The position numbers and the translations under genes were made by a program. 64,000 bases of DNA from an uncultured Aliarcobacter sp. (GTDB lineage: Bacteria > Campylobacterota > Campylobacteria > Campylobacterales > Arcobacteraceae). Shown here piece after piece: positions 37,164 through 46,963 of this stretch; the first letter of the stretch is position 1, and each line of letters starts with the position of its first letter. The stretch covers positions 1,536,001 through 1,600,000 of the forward strand of contig OY781945.1 in assembly GCA_963677435.1 (NCBI GenBank). Direction: 5' to 3'. Under the pieces are notes generated by a model. The model was not told the DNA's origin. It did not search any database and was given only the letters and a program-made list of their open reading frames with translations.

Positions 37164-38612
37164 TTATTGTTTATTTAAATCATATTGTAAATATACAACT
37201 TTTGTTTGTAAATACTCTTCAAGTCCATGTTTTCCATCTGCTCCACCAATTCCAGATTTTCTCCATCCAGCGTGGAAACCTTGCATCGCTTCAAAGTTTT
37301 CTCTATTTATATATGTCTCACCAAATTTTATCTCTTTACAAGCTCTCATTGCCACATCTATATTTTGAGTATAAATAGATGAAGTTAAACCAAATTCACT
37401 ATCATTTGCTAAAGCAATAGCTTCATCCAATGTTTCAAAAGTCATAATAGGTAAAACTGGCCCAAAAATCTCTTCTTGGATAATATTCATATCTTGTGTT
37501 ACATCCACAATTACTGTAGGTTCATAATAAAAACCATCATCTCTAGCAGCTCTTTTACCACCTGTTGTAATAGTTGCCCCAGCTTTTATCGCACTATCAA
37601 CTAAACTTTGCACATGAGCTACCGCAGCTTCATTAATCAGTGGTCCCATGTCAACTTCTTCTGTTAAGGGATTTCCATAAGTTGTAGCTGCCATTGCTTT
37701 TGTGATTTTTTCAGTAAATTCTTTTGCAATACTTTTGTGAACATAAACCCTTTCAGCACAATTACAAACTTGACCATTATTAATTACACGAGAGTTTTTA
37801 ATAGCTTCCACAGCTAAATCAATATTTGCATCAGCCATTACAATAGCAGGGGCTTTTCCACCTAATTCTAATGAAACTTTTGTCACATTTTTAGCAGCAG
37901 CTTCCATAATTTTAACGCCAGTTGGAACGCTTCCTGTAAAACTTACAATTCCAACTTTTTCATGACCTGCAAGGGCATTTCCAACTTCTGAACCTGTTCC
38001 GCTTACAAGGTTAAATACACCTTTTGGAAGACCAACTTCATCTACAAGTTTTGCAAATTCAAAGGCATTATTTGGTGTATCTCCACTTGGTTTTATAACA
38101 ATAGTATTTCCAGTTAAAAGTGCAGGGGCTAATTTTCTAGCAATTAAGAAAAATGGAAAATTCCAAGGTAAAATACCAGCAGTAACACCAATTGGTAATT
38201 TAAATAAAAAGATATTCTCATTTGGTCTATCACTTTGGATAATCTCACCTTCATATCTTCTAGCCCATTCAGCCATATAGTCCATATAATCAGCTGTAAA
38301 ATGAACTTCAACAGTTGCAAGTCCTAAAACTTTTCCTTGCTCTTGAGTTATTGTTCTTGCTAACATATCAGCATTTTCTCTGATTTTTTGTGCAATTTTT
38401 TTAAGGTAGCCAGCTCTCTCAATTGCTGGTAATTTCTCCCATGAAAGCTGAGCTGTATAAGCTGCTTGAACAGCATCATCAACATCTTCAACAGTTCCTT
38501 TTGGAATATAAGAGATAATTTGTTTATCTGACGGATTAATAACAGGTAGGGCGTCAACATGATTGATGAACTCACCATTTATATACATTTGGTAGACTTT
38601 TATTTCTGACAT
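37164..38612 (-). CDS. aldA: Aldehyde dehydrogenase, AldA (lactaldehyde/glycolaldehyde) type
   Basis: PWNFPFFLIARK, LELGGKAP, GQVCNCAER, EEIFGP, ENFEAMQGFHAGWRKSGIGGADGKHG. Confidence 0.88.
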   Translation of the reverse strand: MSEIKVYQMYINGEFINHVDALPVINPSDKQIISYIPKGTVEDVDDAVQAAYTAQLSWEKLPAIERAGYLKKIAQKIRENADMLARTITQEQGKVLGLATVEVHFTADYMDYMAEWARRYEGEIIQSDRPNENIFLFKLPIGVTAGILPWNFPFFLIARKLAPALLTGNTIVIKPSGDTPNNAFEFAKLVDEVGLPKGVFNLVSGTGSEVGNALAGHEKVGIVSFTGSVPTGVKIMEAAAKNVTKVSLELGGKAPAIVMADANIDLAVEAIKNSRVINNGQVCNCAERVYVHKSIAKEFTEKITKAMAATTYGNPLTEEVDMGPLINEAAVAHVQSLVDSAIKAGATITTGGKRAARDDGFYYEPTVIVDVTQDMNIIQEEIFGPVLPIMTFETLDEAIALANDSEFGLTSSIYTQNIDVAMRACKEIKFGETYINRENFEAMQGFHAGWRKSGIGGADGKHGLEEYLQTKVVYLQYDLNKQ

Positions 38613-38778
38613 AGTATTCTCCTTAGATTATTTTATAAGCAAGTATAATCTAACGCTTTAATAATTAAAAGAAAATTAAATAAGTAAATAATTATTTGAG
38701 GATTTGTTTAACTATCAAATCTTGTAAATCATTTTTTGTTTTCAATAATTCTTTAAGCAACCATAAGCTAAACTTTTA

Positions 38779-38794
38779 CCAAACAATCGTTTGG
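38779..38794. promoter_or_regulatory. Putative TetR operator, copy 1
   Basis: Palindrome CCAAAC-AATC-GTTTGG just upstream of the TetR ATG. Confidence 0.7.
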
Positions 38795-38802
38795 ATAAAA
38801 AT

Positions 38803-39357
38803 ATGGCAATCAAAAAAACATCAAAAGAAGAGATTTTAAAAGAGTCTATTAAACTTTTTAAAATACGAGGATATTCAAATACTTCTATGGCAAATATTGC
38901 TGAAGCTTGTGGGCTAATAAAAGGAAGTATTTATCATCATTTTAAAAGCAAAGATGAGATAGGTTTGGAATCTTTGAAGTATATTCACGACTATTTTGAA
39001 AAAGAGATTTTTTCTATTGCTTACAGAAGTGATTTGAGTGATAAACAAAAAATCGAGTTAATTGTAAAAAAAACTGATGCTTATTTTTTGCATAGTGAGG
39101 GTGGTTGTTTACTTGGAAATCTGGCTTTAGAAGCTAGCACTTTAAACTTGGATTTTAAAGAGGAGATAAAAGCATATTTTACAGCTTGGGAAAATGCTTT
39201 GATAAAAATATTTGAAAATAAATACTCAAAAATCGAAGCTGCAAATTTAGCAAAAGAGTATGTAGCTTTAACTCAAGGTGCCATAATGATGATGAATTTA
39301 TACGATTCATCTGAAAATTATCTAAAAGTAGGTGAAAAAATCATTAGTTTAATCTAA
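38803..39357 (+). CDS. TetR/AcrR-family regulator
   Basis: GYSNTSMANIAEACGLIKGSIYHHFKSK HTH; GGCLLGN; ATG 38803 preferred. Confidence 0.93.
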   Translation: MAIKKTSKEEILKESIKLFKIRGYSNTSMANIAEACGLIKGSIYHHFKSKDEIGLESLKYIHDYFEKEIFSIAYRSDLSDKQKIELIVKKTDAYFLHSEGGCLLGNLALEASTLNLDFKEEIKAYFTAWENALIKIFENKYSKIEAANLAKEYVALTQGAIMMMNLYDSSENYLKVGEKIISLI

Positions 39358-39381
39358 TGGTTTTTTTTTATCTTATTTTAA

Positions 39382-39396
39382 CAAACAATCGTTTGG
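39382..39396. promoter_or_regulatory. Putative TetR operator, copy 2
   Basis: CAAACAATCGTTTGG identical to copy 1; upstream of HPP gene. Confidence 0.7.
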
Positions 39397-39424
39397 TTGT
39401 TTAAATTTATTAAAAAGGAAAAAT

Positions 39425-39934
39425 ATGAGTTATTTTAAAAAATTCAAAGGGCAGGGCGAAGCACTTCCATCAAAATCGCCAATTAGTGAAATAGCTTTTG
39501 CATGGTTTGGTGGATTTATTTCAATTTTAATTATTGGCTATCTCACAAAATCTTATGATAATCTTTTGGTTATGGGTTCTTTTGGAGCCTCTTGTGTGTT
39601 GTTATTTGGATTTCCTAAAAGTCCATTTTCACAACCTAGAAATGTGATTTTAGGGCATTTCTTATCTACATTCATTGGTTTAGCATTTTTACATATTTTA
39701 GGAAATGAATATTGGAGTATGGCATTAGCTTTGGCAACTGCAATTGCAGTTATGATAGCCACAAGAACAGTTCATCCACCAGCTGGATCAAATCCGTTGA
39801 TAGTGTTTTTATTGGGTGCAAATTGGGATTATTTGATTTTTCCAAGTCTGATGGGTTCTATTATTTTAGTTCTTGTGGCAATTTTCTATAATAATTTGCA
39901 TAAGAATAGAGTTTATCCACAATATTGGATGTAG
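39425..39934 (+). CDS. HPP family membrane protein
   Basis: SFGASCVLLFG, SPFSQPRN, VHPPAG. Confidence 0.93.
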   Translation: MSYFKKFKGQGEALPSKSPISEIAFAWFGGFISILIIGYLTKSYDNLLVMGSFGASCVLLFGFPKSPFSQPRNVILGHFLSTFIGLAFLHILGNEYWSMALALATAIAVMIATRTVHPPAGSNPLIVFLLGANWDYLIFPSLMGSIILVLVAIFYNNLHKNRVYPQYWM

Positions 39935-39960
39935 TTTTTAAAGTATTGACATTTTAAATG

Positions 39961-40995
39961 TCAATACTCATCTTTGATTTTTGATGTTAATGCAGCATCT
40001 GCAATTTTTAAAATCATATGTTCATAATCTATATTTTCATTTATTTGGAAGGCTTTATAAAAATAACCCTCTTCAAAACTTGGCATAAAATCAGCTTCTA
40101 TAAAATGTAAAATTCCATTGTAACTCATTTTTATATCAATCACTCCCATAGTTTTTCCACCTAAAGCCATAAAAGAGTTAATTGCTAAAGCTGAAACTTC
40201 TTTACGGATTTTTTTATCAACTATTGCAATAACTTCTTCTAAATTACTTTGCTTAGCATCGAAATCTAAAATTTTATGTCCATTTTTATTTTTTGCAGCA
40301 ATGATTTCAATTGGTAATATTGTTAGAATATTTTTTGATTTATTCTCTAAAATAGAAACACTATACTCTTTTCCAGATAGATAATTTTCCACTAAAGTAC
40401 GAGATTTTTGAGTGTTGTAAATATCCAAAACTTTTGCTTGGTATTTTTTGAAATCAAAAACAACAGATTGGGCATTTATTCCCTCTGGATTATTTTTTGA
40501 TACTGGTTTTAAAAATAGGGGAAATGTTACAGGAAGTGAACTCTCTGTTTCATGCTCATCTGGTTGAGTTGTGAAAAATTTCGCAGTATTTAAATTTGCT
40601 TCTTTTACAATAGTTTTTGCATTGTTTTTATCATGTTCATTGTCTAAAACTTCTTTATTTGAAGTAATATATTCAATGTAGTGTTTTTTTAAATACTCAC
40701 TTAACCAAACTTTTTCTTTGTTAAAATTAAAATATTTAACCCCTGAAAATACTAAATCAGGTTTTCTTTTTACTAAAGATTTTAAATCATCTTCTGTGCT
40801 AATAAGCGTAATAATAACCTTCTCATAGCTTTTTGATAAAATACTTAAAATTAGCTCTGCATCAAAGTTAATACCAATATTTTTTGTATCTTTACTAAGA
40901 GGAACAGTTACTATTTCTATTGAGCTATTTATTTTTGTATTTAGTACATTTGGCGTATTTTGTAAGTTTTCGTGAGTTTTAATTTGTTCTATCAT
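39961..40995 (-). CDS. D-alanine-D-alanine ligase-like ATP-grasp protein with degenerate active site
   Basis: PDLVF, FPLFLKP, LVENYLSGKEYSV, IDIK, FIEA. Confidence 0.7.
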   Translation of the reverse strand: MIEQIKTHENLQNTPNVLNTKINSSIEIVTVPLSKDTKNIGINFDAELILSILSKSYEKVIITLISTEDDLKSLVKRKPDLVFSGVKYFNFNKEKVWLSEYLKKHYIEYITSNKEVLDNEHDKNNAKTIVKEANLNTAKFFTTQPDEHETESSLPVTFPLFLKPVSKNNPEGINAQSVVFDFKKYQAKVLDIYNTQKSRTLVENYLSGKEYSVSILENKSKNILTILPIEIIAAKNKNGHKILDFDAKQSNLEEVIAIVDKKIRKEVSALAINSFMALGGKTMGVIDIKMSYNGILHFIEADFMPSFEEGYFYKAFQINENIDYEHMILKIADAALTSKIKDEY

Positions 40996-41214
40996 TTTAG
41001 ATTATTAAAAGATATTATTGACATATATTTTGTCCTTTTTGTTTATTGGTAATTAGTTTATAAACTACCTAAAGTTACTCAGGTTAGCGTAAATAGTATT
41101 AATTACATATTTTTGAATTATTTACATAAAAATAGAGTTTATTTTCAAACTTGGTTTTAATAAAGGCAAATAATCTTAAAATACCTTAATCAAACAACCA
41201 ATTAAAGGATTTTA

Positions 41215-42450
41215 ATGCCATTTTCAAATTTGGGTCTTAGTAATAATATAAATAAAGCACTTGATGAAAATGCTTACACAAATCCAACTCCTATTCAAGA
41301 AAAAGTAATTCCTCTTGTTCTTAAAAACAAAGACATAATGGCAAAAGCTCAAACAGGTAGTGGAAAAACTGCAAGTTTTGTTTTACCAATTTTGCAATTA
41401 TTATTAAATAAAGAAGATAAAGAGCATAAAAAAAAGGCAAAAATATCAACTTTGGTTTTAACTCCAACAAGAGAACTAGCCCTTCAAGTATCAAAAGCTT
41501 TTATTGATTTTTCTATATATTTTGATAATAAACCCAAAGTTGTAAGTGTCATAGGTGGAGAAAGTCTTACACAACAGCTTTTGGATATACAAAAAGGTTG
41601 TGATATTGTTGTTGCAACTACTGGAAGATTACTTGATATACTTGATAAAAAACAAATAAATTTATCTACTCTTGAGTTTTTTGTTTTAGATGAAGCTGAT
41701 AAAATGCTTGATTTAGGATTTGAAAAAGAGTTAGAACAACTTTTAGAATCACTTCCAAAAAATAGACAAAATCTACTTTTTTCTGCAACATATCCACAAA
41801 AAATGTTAAATATTGCTTCAAAAATTACAAGTGATGCCCAAGAGATTTTTTTAGAAGATGAAACTCAAACAGTGCAAACTATAAATCAAAGGGCAATAGA
41901 GGTAAATAAAGAGAACAGAAGCGCACTTCTACGAAATTTAATACAAAAGCATTCATGGGAGCAAATACTTGTTTTTATGGCTAATAAACGCTCTTGTGAC
42001 AATATTGCTTTAAAGTTTAGAAAATATGGACTAAATGCTGTTTCTTTTCATGCTGATTTAACTCAAGATGAAAGAAATGAAACTTTGCAAGATTTTAAAA
42101 ATAAAAAAATCAAGATTTTATTTGCTACTGATATAGCAGCTCGAGGTTTGCATATAGATGATATTTCTTGTGTTGTAAATTTTGATTTACCAAGAGCTGC
42201 AGCTGATTATGTTCATAGAATTGGAAGAACAGGCCGAGCAGGTAAAAATGGGGAAGCTATCTCTTTTATTGGTTTAGAGGATTTTGAACATTTCTCTTTA
42301 ATTGAAAAAAGATGCGAGATAAAATTAGAAAAAGAGCAAATAGAGAGTTTTGAACTAATTGGAACACCCGTAAAAAAAGAAAAGGGAAAAGATCCTGTAA
42401 AAAGTAAAAGAAAAAGTAAAAAAGATAAATTAAGAGAGCAAAATTTATAA
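41215..42450 (+). CDS. DEAD-box RNA helicase
   Basis: PTPIQ, AQTGSGKT, PTRELA, DEAD, FSAT, HRIGRTGRAG. Confidence 0.96.
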   Translation: MPFSNLGLSNNINKALDENAYTNPTPIQEKVIPLVLKNKDIMAKAQTGSGKTASFVLPILQLLLNKEDKEHKKKAKISTLVLTPTRELALQVSKAFIDFSIYFDNKPKVVSVIGGESLTQQLLDIQKGCDIVVATTGRLLDILDKKQINLSTLEFFVLDEADKMLDLGFEKELEQLLESLPKNRQNLLFSATYPQKMLNIASKITSDAQEIFLEDETQTVQTINQRAIEVNKENRSALLRNLIQKHSWEQILVFMANKRSCDNIALKFRKYGLNAVSFHADLTQDERNETLQDFKNKKIKILFATDIAARGLHIDDISCVVNFDLPRAAADYVHRIGRTGRAGKNGEAISFIGLEDFEHFSLIEKRCEIKLEKEQIESFELIGTPVKKEKGKDPVKSKRKSKKDKLREQNL

Positions 42451-42452
42451 GA

Positions 42453-43187
42453 CTAAATAGTCTTATAAATCATGATAGCTAACACTACGATATTTAAAAG
42501 TAAAACATAATTTTTGTAAGAAGTTGCTTTTACAATATCTTTAACTTTTATTCCAAAATATACTCCAATAAGTGAACCAATACCTACTGTTGCACCTTCA
42601 GCAAATAACATTTGCCCCTGATATGAAGTTGATATAAAACCTGCAATTGAAGAAAAGATTACAAAAAATAATCCCAAAGCGGTTGCTGCTTTTAAATCAT
42701 ATTTTAAATAACCAACTAATATTGGTGTTAATAAAATAGAGCCACCAACTCCAATACTCATGGCAAGAATACCTATTCCTGCACCAATTAAAAGTAAAGT
42801 CAATGTACTTTTTGATTCTTTTTTATCAGCATGAATAGCTGGAGAATAAAAAATTTTGATAATTGAAAAGATTAAAATTGCAATAAATAGATATTGTAAA
42901 AATTCATTTGATAAATTAGGTACGATAGACCCACTTATTATTCCACCAATTGAACCACCAATTCCTAAGATTACTCCATCTTTTAAAACATCTTTAGCTT
43001 TTTTTGCATTTAAAAAAGAGCCATAAATAGAAGAAAAAACCATTTGCATAATTGATATAGCAACGGCTTCTTTCATAACATAACCAAGCATTAAAAGCAT
43101 AGGAACTAATATAGTTCCTCCCCCAATACCAAAAAAACCAGATGAAAATCCAGTAATTATCCCAAATACTGCAAGTTCTAAATTCAA
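42453..43187 (-). CDS. Sulfite exporter TauE/SafE family protein
   Basis: Duplicated G(I/V)GGG..P motifs, hydrophobic. Confidence 0.88.
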   Translation of the reverse strand: MNLELAVFGIITGFSSGFFGIGGGTILVPMLLMLGYVMKEAVAISIMQMVFSSIYGSFLNAKKAKDVLKDGVILGIGGSIGGIISGSIVPNLSNEFLQYLFIAILIFSIIKIFYSPAIHADKKESKSTLTLLLIGAGIGILAMSIGVGGSILLTPILVGYLKYDLKAATALGLFFVIFSSIAGFISTSYQGQMLFAEGATVGIGSLIGVYFGIKVKDIVKATSYKNYVLLLNIVVLAIMIYKTI

Positions 43188-43189
43188 AA

Positions 43190-43939
43190 TTAATTCTTTT
43201 TAATTGAGTTCATTGCTTCAATGAAATTATTATAATCATTTTCTAATTTTTCATCTTTTTGGCTTAAATCTATACCATCTTCTTCTTTTAAGGCAACTTC
43301 TACTAAATGAATTCTATCAAGTAGGTATTTGAACATCTCTTTATTGATATCTGGTAAATCACCATGTTCCATTTTGCAGATTTTATTATCTCTTTTAATG
43401 ATTTTTGCAGGAACCCCAACAGCAGTTGAATTATCAGGAACATCACATACAACAACAGAGTTTGCTCCAATTTTAGAGTTCATTCCAATTGTAATATTTC
43501 CTAAAACTTTTGCTCCACTTCCAATTACAGTATTAGATTTTATTGTTGGGTGTCTTTTCCCTTTATTTAAACTAACTCCACCAAGAGTTACTCCTTGATA
43601 AATTAAAACATCATCCTCAACAATAGCAGTAGCTCCAATTACAACACCAATAGCGTGGTCAATAAAAACTCTTCTACCTATTGTACAAGCTGGGTGAATA
43701 TCTGTTTTTGTTAAAAAACTAGATATTCCACTTATTACTCTCGATAATTTTTTCCAACCTTTATAGTAAAGTTTATTTGCAATTCTATAATTTATAATTG
43801 CCCAAACACCTGGATAGTTAAAAAATAATTCTAAATTATTATCTAGTGCAGGGTCATTATTTCGAGGAACATAAAAATCCTCTTTTAATTGTGCCCAAAA
43901 TGATATTTTTTCTTGAATTTCTTTCTCTTCATTACTCAC
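43190..43939 (-). CDS. cysE: Serine O-acetyltransferase
   Basis: DPA, YPG, DIHP, FIDH, QGVTLGG, KRHPT. Confidence 0.95.
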   Translation of the reverse strand: MSNEEKEIQEKISFWAQLKEDFYVPRNNDPALDNNLELFFNYPGVWAIINYRIANKLYYKGWKKLSRVISGISSFLTKTDIHPACTIGRRVFIDHAIGVVIGATAIVEDDVLIYQGVTLGGVSLNKGKRHPTIKSNTVIGSGAKVLGNITIGMNSKIGANSVVVCDVPDNSTAVGVPAKIIKRDNKICKMEHGDLPDINKEMFKYLLDRIHLVEVALKEEDGIDLSQKDEKLENDYNNFIEAMNSIKKN

Positions 43940-45737
43940 GATAACTCCAACTTGTTTTTAAATAACTATTTTCATTTAGATATTTTTCCATATCTTTATA
44001 ATTATGGTCACTTAAATTTTTTCTTAAAATAGCTTTTATATTATCAGTATCATAATCGATATCTTCTAATATATCTATAATTTTTTGAGATTCTAAAATC
44101 TTTTCTAAAACAACTTTATTATCTTTAAATACAACATTTACTTCTGTTGGATGAGAAAATAAGTTATGTTTCATTCCTAAAGTATCTTGATAAGCTCCAA
44201 CATTAAAGAAACCTATAAAATAATCTTCTTTATTTAAATTTACATCATGTAAATATAAAGGTTTTTTAATATCAAATGGTAATTCTCCATCACTATCACA
44301 AGTAATATCCCATAAAGATGCACTTCTTGTTGGTTTTTTATCAAGATGTGTTATTGGCATAATTGGGAATTCTTGATCAATTCCCCAATAATCAGGAAGT
44401 GATTGGAATAAAGAGAAATTTAATAAATATTTTTCTTGAATATTTTCATCAAGTTTTTTTAACTCTTCATAATCATCAATTTCAAGTAAAGAGATAGCTT
44501 TTTTAATAACTTGGTGAGTTAAAATTTCAGCATTTGATCTATCTTGTAAATCAATATATCCTAAATCAAATAGAGTTAATAAAGATTCCATATGGTCAAT
44601 ACTATCATGCATATATTCATAGGCAGTTTTTTTTGACATATCTCTATATAAATCATTTAACTCTTGAATTAAAGGTGGATTATTAGGTTTAAGTTTTAAA
44701 TGGTCAAAATCATATTCAGCAGAAAATAGTTCAAGTACTGGTGCGATTAGTACAGTAGAAGCAGCTGAAATAAATCTTCCTGATTCTGTGAAAATATTTG
44801 GTTCATCAACACCTTTTTGTTTTGCAATATCTTTTAGTGTAAATATAACATCATTTGAAAACTCACTTAAAGAGTAAAATCTAGTTCTCTCATATGCATT
44901 ATATTCAACAGCTAATCCACCACCAATATTAATTGAGTTTAAATTTGCTGCACCTAAGTTTTTAAGTTCAGCATAAATATGTCCAGATTCTCTTAAAGCT
45001 TTCTTTAAAGGTTTAATAGAATTCATTGCAGAACCAATATGGAAATGAATCATTGTTAAATGCTTAACTAGGTTATTATCTTCCATTAATTCATAGGCTT
45101 CAAGAATCTCAGTAGATGTCAATCCAAATTTAGAATTAATACCTCCACTTTTCGCCCATAGACCACTTCCACCACTATGTAGTCTAACTCTTAACCCTAT
45201 ATTAGGACAGTCCATTTTGGTTTCATTTAAAACCTCTATAATTATTTCCAGTTCATTTAAGCCTTCGATAATTATTGTGATATTATGACCCATGCTTTTT
45301 GCAATAAAACCTAAGTGAATCATCTCTTTATCTTTGAATCCATTGACAGTTATTGGAGAACCAACATTGTTGTAAGTCATTGCAATCACAAGCTCTGCTT
45401 TACTTCCAGCCTCTAATCCATAATTAAAGTTTTTTCCTTCAGTAATAAGTGGATGAATAAAGTTAGGAAGTTGATTTACTTTTAAAGGAAAAACTGCATT
45501 AAATGTTCCCTTATAATCATATTCTTTAATACTTGCATTAAATGTATTGTATAGTGTATTTATTTGCTTTTCTGTTATATGTGGAAACCTTAAAAGTAAA
45601 GGACCTTTAAAATCTTGTTTTCTTATATCTTTAACTATAGAAATCAGTGATGGTTTGCAGTTATAGTTTATTTTTGCAAGTCCATCTTCAATTATAAAAT
45701 TATCATCACTCCAGATGTCAATACCGTAATTACCCAC
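43932..45737 (-). CDS. speA: Biosynthetic arginine decarboxylase
   Basis: VFPLKVNQ, GLEAGSK, HFHIGS, ESGR, FQSLPD.W, DITCDSDG. Confidence 0.95.
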   Translation of the reverse strand: MGNYGIDIWSDDNFIIEDGLAKINYNCKPSLISIVKDIRKQDFKGPLLLRFPHITEKQINTLYNTFNASIKEYDYKGTFNAVFPLKVNQLPNFIHPLITEGKNFNYGLEAGSKAELVIAMTYNNVGSPITVNGFKDKEMIHLGFIAKSMGHNITIIIEGLNELEIIIEVLNETKMDCPNIGLRVRLHSGGSGLWAKSGGINSKFGLTSTEILEAYELMEDNNLVKHLTMIHFHIGSAMNSIKPLKKALRESGHIYAELKNLGAANLNSINIGGGLAVEYNAYERTRFYSLSEFSNDVIFTLKDIAKQKGVDEPNIFTESGRFISAASTVLIAPVLELFSAEYDFDHLKLKPNNPPLIQELNDLYRDMSKKTAYEYMHDSIDHMESLLTLFDLGYIDLQDRSNAEILTHQVIKKAISLLEIDDYEELKKLDENIQEKYLLNFSLFQSLPDYWGIDQEFPIMPITHLDKKPTRSASLWDITCDSDGELPFDIKKPLYLHDVNLNKEDYFIGFFNVGAYQDTLGMKHNLFSHPTEVNVVFKDNKVVLEKILESQKIIDILEDIDYDTDNIKAILRKNLSDHNYKDMEKYLNENSYLKTSWSYRE

Positions 45738-45739
45738 TT

Positions 45740-46963
45740 TTAAAAATCCTCTAATTTTAAATTTTTTTCTTCTTTTGTTTTTAAATCTTTTATATAGATA
45801 GTTCCATTTTTTAGCTCATTTTCACCAATTAATGCAACTAAATTTGCACCTAGTTTTTCAGCAATTCCAAAATGCTTTCCAAAACTTCTTGGCGCGTATT
45901 CTACTAAAGTTTTTGTTGTTTTTCTCTTTTGATTTGCAACTTTTATTACTGTATTTAAAGATGCTTCATCTAAAGCACCAATGTATATCACATCTTGATT
46001 ACATTGTGGCATCTTTATAAGTTCTAATAATCTTTCAATTCCTATTGCAAATCCAATTCCACTTGTAGACTTCCCACCTAAAAACTCAACTAATCTATCA
46101 TATCTTCCACCACCTGCTATTGCACTTTGAGCACCAATTTCATTACTTACAAATTCAAATGCAGTTTTATTATAATAATCTAAACCTCTAACTAGATTTG
46201 AATCTATTTCATATTTGATATTGTTAAAGTCTAATATCTCTTTTAGTTTTTCAAAATCTGTATCGCAAGATTTACATAAACTTGTTGTGATTTTTGGAGC
46301 ATTGTATAATAGTAATTGACATTTTTCATTTTTACAATCTAAAACTCTAATTGGATTTGTAAGAATCCTTCTATTGCAGTCTTCACAGAGTTCTTCTTTA
46401 AAAGTTGTTAAGTGTTTAACTAGGTTTTCTTTATACGGAGGCATGCAGTCATTACAACCAAGAGAATTTAATTTTAATGTAAACCCAATACCAAAGAAAT
46501 CAAGAATTTCTTTTAACATAATGATAATATTTGCATCTTCAAATACAGAATCAATACCAAAAACTTCACAACCAAATTGGTGAAACTCTCTAAGTCTTCC
46601 TTTTTGAGGTCTTTCATATCTAAACATAGGACCATAATAATACCATTTATAGTTTCCACCTGCACGATCAAGTTTCTTTTCAACAAAATGTCTTACAACT
46701 CCAGCTGTTCCTTCTGGTCTTAAACATACATCATTTTCACCTTTATCAATAAATTGATACATCTCTTTATTTACAATATCAGAACTCTCGCCAACAGATC
46801 TTTTAAATAAAGCTGTTTCTTCTAATAGGGGTGTTTCTATATACGAAAAGCCATAGTTTTTAGCTATATTTGATGCATTTTCAATAAAGTAAGTAAATAA
46901 AGAACTCTCTTCATTTACTATGTCTTTCATTCCTCTTAAACTTTGTACTGTTTTATTAGTCAT
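45740..46963 (-). CDS. hisS: Histidine--tRNA ligase
   Basis: LRPEGTA, FRYERPQKGR, RGLDYY, GGGRYD. Confidence 0.97.
   Translation of the reverse strand: MTNKTVQSLRGMKDIVNEESSLFTYFIENASNIAKNYGFSYIETPLLEETALFKRSVGESSDIVNKEMYQFIDKGENDVCLRPEGTAGVVRHFVEKKLDRAGGNYKWYYYGPMFRYERPQKGRLREFHQFGCEVFGIDSVFEDANIIIMLKEILDFFGIGFTLKLNSLGCNDCMPPYKENLVKHLTTFKEELCEDCNRRILTNPIRVLDCKNEKCQLLLYNAPKITTSLCKSCDTDFEKLKEILDFNNIKYEIDSNLVRGLDYYNKTAFEFVSNEIGAQSAIAGGGRYDRLVEFLGGKSTSGIGFAIGIERLLELIKMPQCNQDVIYIGALDEASLNTVIKVANQKRKTTKTLVEYAPRSFGKHFGIAEKLGANLVALIGENELKNGTIYIKDLKTKEEKNLKLEDF

Noticed and set aside
29751..41100. Known riboswitches (e.g. c-di-GMP-I) in the leaders at 29751-29980 and 41030-41100
   Set aside because: No recognisable consensus by eye; an Rfam scan is needed.
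25579..46963. Link between the decarboxylase and hisS as an hdc-hisRS cluster
   Set aside because: hisS is about 19 kb away in its conserved housekeeping operon.
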